A stretch of 45,219 nucleotides of DNA from the NCBI GenBank assembly GCA_013202285.1, contig JABMRV010000113.1:1-45219 (forward strand), read 5' to 3'. Under the pieces are notes generated by a model. The model saw only the letters and a program-made list of their open reading frames with translations, did no database searches and was not told the origin of the DNA. The position numbers and the translations under genes were made by a program. Positions 29,401 through 41,400 of the stretch are shown here, piece by piece; position 1 is the stretch's first letter, and every line of letters begins with the position of its first letter. Origin of the DNA: a bacterium. GTDB taxonomy: Bacteria > Electryoneota > AABM5-125-24 > Hatepunaeales > Hatepunaeaceae.

Positions 29401-32400
29401 GATGCGACACTTACAATTTATTCAAACGATCCTGACCGACCGAATTACGATCTGTTTCTCACCGGTACAACGATCATTCTCGCTCCCGATATCGACATTA
29501 CATGGGATGAAGCTGCCGGTTATCCCGACGTCGTGGACTGGAACCTTGTCTTTTCAGAGCTGTATTCGACCGCACCTTATGATATCCCCGTTGTAATACG
29601 CAACATCGGCAACCGCGCCCTCGAGATCACTGATATAACTTCCGATAACATAGCTTTCAGCGCCGATGCCGACTATTTACTCCTTGAACCGGATGAGACG
29701 AGAGAAGTGGTTCTCACCTTCCAGGCTGACGAGAGCGGTGAATACAACGCTGAGATCACCGTTCATAACAACACCCAAACCAATCCCGAATATCCGATAT
29801 CGGTTCACGCCTCGGCATTGAATCCGCCTGTAATCGATCTCGATCCCGAATCGGTAACCGACAGTCTCTATGTCGGATTGTTCGTTAGTCATACTATCAC
29901 TGTGACCAATGAAGGCGAAGCCGAACTGAGATTCTCTATCGACCATGAGATAGTCAATGAACCCGGTCAGGATGAAGTTGAACGGAGCCTGAGAAGAATA
30001 AACCAGCATGTACCCGAACGTGACGATGCCGGCGATGAACTGTATCAGGTTGACCATCCTTTCGGTGCAAGTCAGTACCTTAATCTCGCTCACGATCCTG
30101 AGAACAACTGGATGTGGGTGCAGCAGTATTTAAGTTCTCATCGCATGATTGCCTGGGATCTGGAAGGTTTCGATCCTGATGCGGGAGATCCGCCAGAGAT
30201 CCGCGCTGACTGGGACAATCCCGGTAATAACACCATGGATATCGCCTACCACAACGGGGTGATTTATGTGGTTGAACTGTGGGGTCAGTTCCTGGGTCGT
30301 TATGACGTCGATGGCAACGACCTCAATCAGCTTAATATCGATCTTGATGGTACAAGCGCCAACGGTGTGGCGGTCGATCACGATAATGAATTATTGCTTG
30401 TGGGAAGTCAAACTAATGGGGGATTATACGTCTTTGATCTGGATGGTAATCACATTGCAACTACCGGCGATATCCGGCAGATGATAGACGGTAATCCGTT
30501 TCATTCAATCGAATGGGTGAGCGATCACCGGGACGGTCAGTTATGGGTGAACAGTCAGGGACTTGCCTGGCAGGTTGCCGTTGATACCGACAATTGGGAG
30601 TTCATCGGCAATGACGCGGTACAAACCTTTAATACTCACTCCGCCACTCAGTATGACGGTATTGCCCATGATGGATATAACCTCTGGATTGCAGCGTTTA
30701 ATCAGTCGAATATCAAGGTTTACGATGACGGCATATATGAGTCATGGATTTACTATACCCCCAATTCAGGCACACTCGCCGATCTGGAGGACCTTGAGGT
30801 CATCTTGACTCTTGATGCACGGGGTAAAGCCGAGGGTTCTTATGAAGCCAATCTGGTTTTCAGTTCCAATGATCCACTTAGTCCGGAAACCCTTCTAAAC
30901 GTGCGACTTTTTATCACCGAAACCCCAAGCCTGACTGTCGAATGGGATATCGATTTCGGCTTTCCCGACGAAGTGAACTGGAACGATGCCTACCCCGACC
31001 TGTACAATGATACTCCCTATGATATTGAACTCACACTGATAAATAACTCCGGAGATGCGATAAACGTCGATGCCATAGATTTCGCGGGCGCAGGCGGACA
31101 ATTCTACAGTGCTGACAGGGATCAATTCAGCATCGCTACCGGTGAACAGACCACGATAACCGTGACCCTCGAAGCAGGTGAATCGGGCAACCATCCATCG
31201 ACGATGACGATTCACTCGGACGCTCCCGGAATTGGGGAATACCCGGTTGAGCTTACCGGGCAGACTTTAAGTGCACCGGCGATCTCAATCGATCCGGAGA
31301 ATCTCCATGACGACCTGATAACCGGTGAGGTTGCTTATCACAACCTGAATATTGCCAACGGCGGTGAGAGTCAACTTCGGTTCACTATTACTTCGGTCTC
31401 AATTTCAGAACCTGAGCGAGATAACCTTGAACGAGTACTACGTCCCGCGGGTGGAAAATCCGCTCCCTATCGTGACGATCTGGGTGAAATAGTCGATCAA
31501 GTTGCCTTTAACCGGATAGGTTCCGGAGCTTACAAGAACGGTATTGCCTGGGATTGGGATAACCGCTGGATGTGGCTGTCGAGCTATAATCCCCAGGGTA
31601 TCGGAGCGGTCGATCCTTCGGATAATTACCAGGAGGTGCGTTGGGTTGACACCAATGAGAGACCGATGGGCACCGGTTGGCATAATGGTCTGCTCTATGT
31701 GGAATTCTGGCCCAATAATTATCTCACCTTATTTGATTCCGATCTGAATGAGAAGAGGACAATCGACCTTGTTTCCCGCGCTACTGCAATGGATTGTGCT
31801 GATGATTTTATCATCTACATAACCGATACGAACTGGAATATTGAGATAATGGATTATACCGGCAACAGCATTGCAACAATTCAGGCTAATGATTATCGCG
31901 GATTGATAAACAACGGCACTCCGCGCAGCCTCTGCTGGGTGGATGAACACTCGGAAGGTCAACTATGGTTGAACACGACTCGACATATCTGGCAGCTTGA
32001 TATAGATACCGATAATTGGGAGGTCAACGGTCTGATCTCGGATTTCGTATGGGATAACGGCAGTGAAGACTGGGACGGTATCGGTCACGATGGCAGTAAT
32101 CTCTGGCTGGGTGCTCGAGCGCAGTCCGATTATTTTATCGTGGACGATGGAGTCACGGAACTGTTCTGGCTGAGTACCGACATCACTGAGGGGGAGATCG
32201 CCGGTGAGAGCAATCTCGATGTTACCGTTATCCTCAGCGCAAGGTGGCTGATAGGTGGTGACTATGTAGGTCAACTCGTAATTGACAGCAATGACCCTAT
32301 CAACTCCGAAGTGATCTTCCCCGTCACCATGACGGTAGAGGATGCTCCCGATATCGAAGTAACCTGGGACGAAGATTACGGCTATCCCATCGAGATCGAC

Positions 32401-35400
32401 TGGAACCTCGTAGAACCCGGCGGTATTTATACTAACCAGACCTACAGTTTTACTGTAAGGGCTTACAGTTCCGGCGTAACCACACTCGAAGTTGATGAAA
32501 CAAGCGTCGATGATGAAGCCTTCTCGGCTGATGCGGATGCGTTTACGCTTGAACCGGAAGAATATCTCGATATCGAACTGACTTTCGATCCCGGTCGTGA
32601 CGGCGAATACAATGCTGTCCTAACCTTCTTAAGCAACTCGGAAGTACATCCCGAATTAAGGATCGATATGCACGCCACGGTTGAGAATGCACCTGAGATA
32701 CGTGTTTCTCCCGTCGAGATTACAGAAACTCTGAGAATAGAGGAGACAGCACAGCATAACATAACTGTTGAAAACCTTGGTGATGCTCTTCTCCGTTTCG
32801 ATACTGAAATAGAGATTCTTTCTGAACCGGAACGTGACTATAATCACCGCGCACTTCGCAGGATCGATGGTTCGACCGGTCTGCGCAGAGATGATCTCGG
32901 TGAGGTATTAGCCACCGTAAACTGGAGCAATGCGGGAGCGAATGACTATAAGGGTGGTGTCGCCTGGGATTGGGACAACCAGTGGATGTGGCTGACAACT
33001 TATACGAATAACATGATCGGTGCAGTCTCATTCTCGGATGACTATGAAGAGGTCGTCGAGGAGATATCGTGGAACTCCACCCAGCCGATGGGTGCAGCGG
33101 TAATGAACGGTGTACTTTATAATATTCACTGGACTCAACAGACGCTCGATAGATGGGACTTTGACGGAAACTCTTTAGATCCACTCGCTATCGGTGGAAT
33201 TCAGACCCCTACAGCCCTCGCAAGCAGTCCTGACCAGAATATATTATTTGTTATGGAAGGTTTAAATAATTTCGTTATTCACGTGCTTGAGGTGGACGGT
33301 GATAATGTCAATGAAATCGGTGTTATCGACTGGCGCCAGGGAGCGCTCAGTGGTCAGGGAAGCCGCAGCATCAATTGGGTGGACAAGCACCCCGACGGTC
33401 AATTATGGATAAACACCTCCGGTCATATCTGGCAGCTTCTCGTGAACGCTGAGGATTGGGAGGTCGTAGAGATAGCACAGGACTTCGATTTTGACAATGG
33501 CGGCGATCAATGGTGCGGAATCGGACATGACGGGCATAACCTCTGGCTTGGCGCCAGGACTCGCGCTGATTACGCTATTGTTGACGACAACATCACGGAG
33601 TTATACTGGCTGATGCTCGAACCGCGTGACGGCGAAGTTCCGAGCGGAGAAAACAACAGTATGGATCTGACATTGACGCTTAACGCGACGGGATTGATAG
33701 AAGGACGCTACGAAGCGGACATACATTTCCTCTCCAATGATCCATTCAATCAGGTCGTCGATGTCAATGTAGTTCTTAATGTGGTTCCGGCTCCCGATAT
33801 TGAAATCAGTTGGGGATTTGTCGATCCGGAAGAATCCGATCTCGTTGACTGGAACCGGTTCCACGCCGAGATGTTTGCTGGCGTCGAGTACCGCGTGCCT
33901 GTATCGGTTCGCAATGTCGGCGGCGCTACGCTTGATGTTTCGGAGATAATCTCCGATGTGGGTGAATTCAGCGCCGACCCGAACCAACTTTCTCTTAACC
34001 CGGATGAGGAGGTTGAGATCGAGTTTGTATTATTCGATCAGCAGGCAGGTGAATTCAACGGTGTGATGAGCTTCATCAGCAACGATCCCGATGAGGGTGA
34101 ATTCACACTCCGGCTCCATGCATTAACAACGCCACCTCCGCAGATAGAACTGGATACCTATGAGATCCTGACTGAGTTAGAGATCGGTGATGAGGAGTAT
34201 CACCCGGTAAATATTGCCAATACGGGACTGGTGGAACTGCGCTGGTGGAGTTCCATAGAAGTGATGAATGAGCCTGACCGCGACCGGTTTGACCGGTCAT
34301 TACGACGCATTGATACAGGAGCGCACGGACGGCGAGATGCCACCGGTGACGTGGTAACGACCTTCTCCTGGGGGAGGAGTGGGAGTGGAATACATAAAGC
34401 CGGTATCACCTGGGACAGCGACAACGAATGGATGTGGCTCACCAGTTTTAACCGGGACTACCTCGGAGCTGTCGATCCGGCGGACGATTTCAATGAGGTC
34501 ATCGCCTGGCAGCCTGACGGTCAGCATCCGATGGGAGCGGCGTGGATCGAAGGCAATATCTATATCGTCAACTGGGCGCAGAACTGGTTAGGCATCTGGG
34601 ACAGTGACGGCAACAACCTGGGCAGCTTCGACTCGCCTGTTCACCCATTGTCAGTGTCAGCCACAGGTGAATATCTGCTGATTATGACCGATACTGGAAA
34701 CCGCGATATCAGCGTGTTGACTTTGGAAGGTGAAATAATCGGTACGATAGACGATTACCAGCAGTTTATCAACGGTGAATCGGCAAGCTTTGAGTGGGTC
34801 GATCTGCATCCGGGCGGTGAACTATGGGTGAACACACCCGGACATATCTACCAGATCGACGTCGATGAAAACTGGCAAGCAACCGGACTAATGCAGGATT
34901 TCGAATGGGCTGGCAACCAGGTGTGGGACGGGATCGGTCATGACGGCGATAACCTCTGGCTCGGCGGATGGAATCAGGCGGAGTACATCATCGTCGAAGA
35001 CGGGATTGAAGAACTGCACTGGCTGACAATCCTCCCTTCGCGAGGAATCGTCGATGCCGAGAGCAATATGGATTTTGTTCTAACACTAAGTGCCGTTGAC
35101 CTTGTGATCGGGATTTACGAAGCCGATCTGCATATCCTGTCGAATGATCCGGATGACTCCGACCTGATTGTGTATGTATATATGGAGGTCAACGAGACTG
35201 AAGTTTCGGTTGAACCGGATCATCTCGATTTCGAGGACGTGATCTTATGGCAAAGTTCCATCATGGATATAACTGTACGCAATCTCGGTAATACTCCCGT
35301 GACGGTGACGGACGTTTCGGTAATCGGAGAGTATTTCAGCACTGATTTCGCCGGTGAGTTCACGATTCAGCCGGACAATGTCGAGCTGATTGCGGTGGAA

Positions 35401-38400
35401 TTCGCACCTGAAGAAGAGGACGATTTCATCGGGCGGGTGACGATATCGACGGATGTTCAGGATCAGGCGGAATTTATCGTTGATTTGAGCGGCTCGGGCA
35501 TCTATGAGAACCACGCGCCGGTGGTGGACGAGCCTATTGATGACGTGGTTGTAGATGAAGATTTCAACCCGTTTATCGTCGTCGATCTCGACGATGTTTT
35601 CTCGGATCCAGATCTGGATGAATTGACTTACACTGCCGTAAGCGATAACGTAAATTTGACCACGTCAATAATCGATCTTTCACTGCTACAGATTGACAGC
35701 GCACCGGACTGGAATGGTCAGGCTGAGGTTACCGTAACTGCTGAGGATGGATCTGAGGAGCGTGATGCCGGTCCTGTGCGCCGGTTGCGTGCAGTTGTTC
35801 GCCGTCACCCCCCCCGACGAGACCTTACTGCGCAAACCGCTTTCACGGTAACGGTTCGCCCGATAAACGATTCTCCAGAATGGGTACAGGTTCCAGAGAG
35901 CGTCGAGGCTGACGAGAACGAGGCAATTCAGTTCATCGTTGTAGGCAGAGACGTTGACAGCGATATAACCATCTCCTACCAATCCGCTGACCTTCCCAAT
36001 GATGTAGGTTATAATTTTGATGGCGACGACACCGGAACCTTCACCTGGCAGACCGACAACAACGATGCCGGAAGCTACACCGCCACCTTTACGCTCTCCG
36101 ACGGCGAAGATAATGTAGTCGCGGATGTTCTCATCGATGTTAATGATGTGAATCGTCCACCTGTGTTGACAGGCATCGGTAATCTCGAATTGATGGAGTG
36201 GATTGAATTTACACTGCAACTCGATGCAAACGATCCCGACGGCGACAACCTCACTTTCGAGGCTGAGAACCTGCCGGCAGGAGCAACCCTTGTGGATGAC
36301 CTGTTCAGTTGGACGCCCGACAACGATCAGGTTGGTGTATATAACAACATAATCTTCAGAGTTTGGGACGACGGCGATCCGCGCATGTCGGACGAGGATA
36401 CGATAACCATCACTGTCAATCAGGTGGGAACTCCGATTATCTCGATAACGCCTGCTGAGTTATATTTCAGTCTGCTGCGGGTCGATGAGAGTAAGGATTT
36501 AACCCTCAAGATATTCAACTTCGGAAACGCTGAACTGACAGTATCGGAAATAACGATACAGGGCGACTATTTCAGCAGTGATTTCGGTGGCGAGTTTGTC
36601 ATTCAAGCAGGCGACAGCTCGGAAGTCGTGGTCACGTTTGCCCCGCAGGAAGTCGGTGTTCTTGAAGCGACAATGACCATCATATCTGATGATCCTTCCA
36701 TTGGTAATCTGACCGTGTCTCTCACCGGAATTGGCAGGCAAAGTGAATTACGGGTGAATGAAACCGGTTCTTTACTCGAATTTTTCGCCGGAAATGAAGA
36801 GAATTGCGCTTATGACAACTGGATCAGCCACGTTTCGGAAGCTTATTACAGTGAGGACGATTACGATGATAACATGGAACCAGCGCCTCCTGAACTTGAC
36901 ATGGAAAATAACGATTTCGGTTCCTACCAGATTGTAGATGATCTCCTGGATGCTGACCAGATTCTATCGGACTGGTCTTTCATCTTCAGGTCATTGATTA
37001 ATGATAATCCTGGTGCTGCGGAAACCAGGTTAGCCAATTCATGGTTCTCAAACCATTATGATCTTGTGGAACTCGATGACGACGGGAAGGCATATTATAT
37101 CCTGCGTGAAGGACTTAATAACGATTTCGATGGAAACTTCTCGGATGAGGCTGGTGACGATGTGTATGGAAGTTTCGACCTCGGTTGGGGACTTTACATT
37201 TTTAATCCTTCTGCAGCCAATCCGAGTGTGGTTATCGAGATGGTTCACCCCTGCTATGATTTCACAGCTCCCCATATTGCTGTCGATGCCTTTATAAACA
37301 TCGATGCCGGTCTGTTCTTCGCCGCCGGCGCAAGCCGTATGAAAGTTTTCGATGGTGATGAATATGATGTTAATAATTCCTTATCGGATCCATCGCGAAT
37401 CGCCAGAAGCCCACTCCACGAAGCTCATAAAGCCGCAGTCGATCTGATCGATGATGAGTTTGTGATCCAGGTCCACAGTTATGATGTCGATAAGCACCCG
37501 AATTCAAAACCCATCGAGTTATCCGCCGGTCACGATAATAGCAATGGGTATCCCTACGATGATTATGATGAAAAACCCAACCAGCCGTTGATGGATGTCG
37601 ATTATTACTACGATATTCTCAGCATAACCCCCCTCTATCCGGTTCCACAGGATTTCTACGGTCAGCATCAGGCAGTTCGCGTCGAGGACTTCTTCGCGGC
37701 AAATTATCAATACTATGACCTTGCTGATTATTACTATAACGGCGGAAACATTCGGATCTATGACCATGTAGATCTTCCCGGTTCGGCTATTAACGTTCAG
37801 TCGATTTATTCGCATGACAGAAACAGATACGATCCCGCCAATGGACTTGAGAATTGGCTTCACATTGAAATGGACGAATTCCCCGATGTTATCAAAGACC
37901 AGAACCTTGGAGGGACCGTACACGGCAGCCTGCTGGAATTCTACGATGTCAATGTAAATTCTCCGGCTGTACCGACTCATGTGAATTTTGCTCCTGTTGT
38001 CCAATTCTACCGTCCGCTGTTCGAAGCGGTGAGAACTTATTACGACCATCCTCGACTGCACCATGTCCCCGGAGATTACGATACTATCCAGGAAGCCATT
38101 AATGCTTCATTCGGCGGTGACACGGTACTCGTCCATCCCGGCACTTATGTTGAAAATATTGATTTCATTGGTAAGAATATTATTGTCGGGAGTCTCTACC
38201 TGACCACTGGAGAGGTTGAATACATCGATTCTACCGTAATCGACGGCGATGCAAACGGCGGGAGTGTTACCAGATTTATTAATGGTGAAACCGAAAGCGC
38301 TATCTTGACGGGCTTTACAATCCGCAATGCCGATACCGACTACGGCGGTGGCGTATATATCAGAGGTTCCAGTCCGACATTAGATCACCTCGTTATTACG

Positions 38401-41400
38401 GAAAACAGAACAAGTGCCAGAGGAGCGGGAATCTATGCCACCAGCGGATCAAATCCGGTAATAGCCCATGTGACTGCCTATGGAAACATAGCACAACAAG
38501 GTAATGGCGGGATAAACGTTTTTAACAATTCAGGCGCTGATATAGTCAACAGCATTTTCTGGGGCAACGAACCTGTCGGATTGTCAGCCGATTTGAGTGT
38601 CACTTATTGCGATGTCGAGGGTGGATATGCCGGAACGGGTAATATAGACAATAATCCACTATTCGTCGATGCCGATAACGATAATTTACACCTTGGCGGA
38701 GGCAGTCCATGCATTGATACCGGCGACCCGGATTCTCCAACTGATCCGGACAACTCACGAGCCGATATGGGTGCATTCTATTTCCTTGATGAAGAGCTGC
38801 CCGATATCTCCCTATCGTCCGACACACTTGATTTCGGTGTGGTGGAAATCGGTCAGAATAGAGTATTAATCCTGACCATTTCAAATATTGGCGGCGCCGA
38901 CCTGAGGATCTCCGACATTTCTGTAGATAACAACCGGTTCAATACTGATTTTGAAAACACGGAGGTTATCGAACCCGATGGCAGTTATCAACTGTCCGTA
39001 ACTTTCCATCCCGAAACTTCGGGAGATTACACCGCGACCCTGACCATCACATCGAACGATCCGGACGAAAGCGTGCTGGATGTAGGATTAATCGGAACGG
39101 GAGCAAATCGCGCACCTGTCCTCACTGTCATCGGGGATCTCGAATTAACTGAGGGTGAAGAGTTCACTCTACAGCTCGATGCAATCGACCCCGACGGCGA
39201 CAACCTCACCTTTGAGGCGGAAAACCTACCTCTGGGTGCAGAACTAAATGGTGATATGTTCAGCTGGACACCTGGAGACAATCAGGCTGGAACCTATAAT
39301 GGAGTGATTTTCCGCGTCTGGGACGACGGCGATCCCCGCATGTTTGACGAGGAGACGATTACTATCACGGTGAACGAGACTAACCAACAGCCTGTTCTGA
39401 CTCATATCGGCAGCCTCTCGTTGGATGAGAGTGAGGAATTCACTCTGCAACTCGAAGCGAGCGATCCCGACGGCGACAACCTCACCTTTGAGGCTGAGAA
39501 CCTGCCTGAAGGCGCAACCCTCGAAAATGATCTGTTTATTTGGACGCCAAGGGACGACCAGATCGGTATTTATATGGGTGTTGTCTTTCGCGTATGGGAC
39601 GATGGTGATCCCCGCATGTCGGACGAGGAGACGATTATTATTACAGTGGGCGATGTCAACCACCCACCCGATTTCCCGGAAATTGGAGTCTGGAGCATGA
39701 ACGAGACCGAGTACTTCAGCAGGACACTTCGGGCGACCGATCCCGATGGCGATAATCTGACCTTTGAAGCCGAAAACCTGCCGGAAGGATCCGCTCTTGA
39801 AGACGACCTATTTACCTGGCAATCGACATTCGACCAATCGGGAACTTATGAGGATGTAATATTCCGCGTCTGGGATGATGGCGATCCGCGGCTGTCGGCA
39901 GAGCAGAGCGTGACTATAATAGTCTTTAATGTCAACAGACCTCCTGTCATGGAACCGCTCGGTAACTATGAGGTTGATGAGTGCGTGGAATTGGTCATCC
40001 AGTTCGAATGGAGTGATCCGGACGGTGATAATGTGAGCTTCGTAGCCGATACTCTTCCTGAAGGCGCAGTAATCGAGGGTGACGTTTTCAGGTGGACGCC
40101 GGATTCCGATCAGATTGGTACGCATGATATAGCCTTCTTGGCGCTGGATGACGGCGACCTGCCGATGTGGTCCTTTCCTCCGAGACCCTGCACGATCACC
40201 GTTAACCTCGCTAATAATCCTCCTGTCCTGATGGAGATTGGTGAATCCGGCTGGATCTATGGGCAAGAGGGTTACGAGATTGAGTTCCAGTTGTTCGCTT
40301 TTGATTCGGACGGAGACAACCTGACCTTCGAAGCCGAGAACCTGCCTGAAGGAGCAACCCTTGAAGGTGACATGTTTAACTGGACGCCAGGTCTCGTTCA
40401 GGCGGGCATTCACGAAGGAGTAATCTTCCGCGTCTGGGACGACGGTACACCTTCGAAATCTGATGAGCAGGTTGTATCGATCTGGGTTCTTGAATTCAAC
40501 CGACCGCCGGTGATGACGGATATCGAGGATCAGGTCCTCACGGGAGGATTGGAGTTTGTTCTTGAAATTGAAGCTTCCGACCCGGATGGTGATGATTTAT
40601 TCTATGAAGCTTATCAGGGAGATTTCGCACCACTGCCTCCTGGAGCGAATATGGCAGGCAGTGTCTTTACCTGGACTCCCAGTAACGATCAGGCTGGTGA
40701 TCACGAGGGGATCGTTTTTCGAGTCTGGGACAACGGTCCCGGTTATTTATCGGACGCGGATACGATCACTATAACCGTTCTCGAAGGCAATCGTCCGCCG
40801 GTTCTAAGTGAGGTTGGTGAAGCCGGCTGGATCTGGGGACGGGAGGGTGTCGAGATTGAGTTCCAGTTGATCGCTGACGATCCCGATGGAAACAACCTGA
40901 CCTTCGAAGCCGAGAATCTGCCTGAAGGAGCAACTCTTGAGGATGACCTGTTTAACTGGACACCCGGTCTTGACCAGGCGGACACCTACGAAGGAGTAAT
41001 CTTCCGTGTCTGGGATGACGGCGATCCTTCGATGTTTGATGAGCAGGTCGTATCATTCTACATCGGTGAATTCAACCGACCACCGGTGATGACGGATATC
41101 GAGGATCAGGTCATATCGGCAGGCGAGGAATTAGTCATTGAGATTGAAGCCTTCGATCCTGATGGGGACGATCTTTTCTACCATGTTTACGCACAGCCAT
41201 TACAAGAGTTGCCTGTCGGAATGGAAATGGAAGGTAATATTTTCACCTGGACGCCTGATTACGATCAGGTCGGGGATCACGGGGGGATTAATTTCGGGGT
41301 CTGGGATAACGGTCCCGGCTATCTACATGTAAACAAAACGATCACTATAACCGTGCTCGACGCCAATCAGCCACCGATAATGTCCGTCGCCAACGTTATA

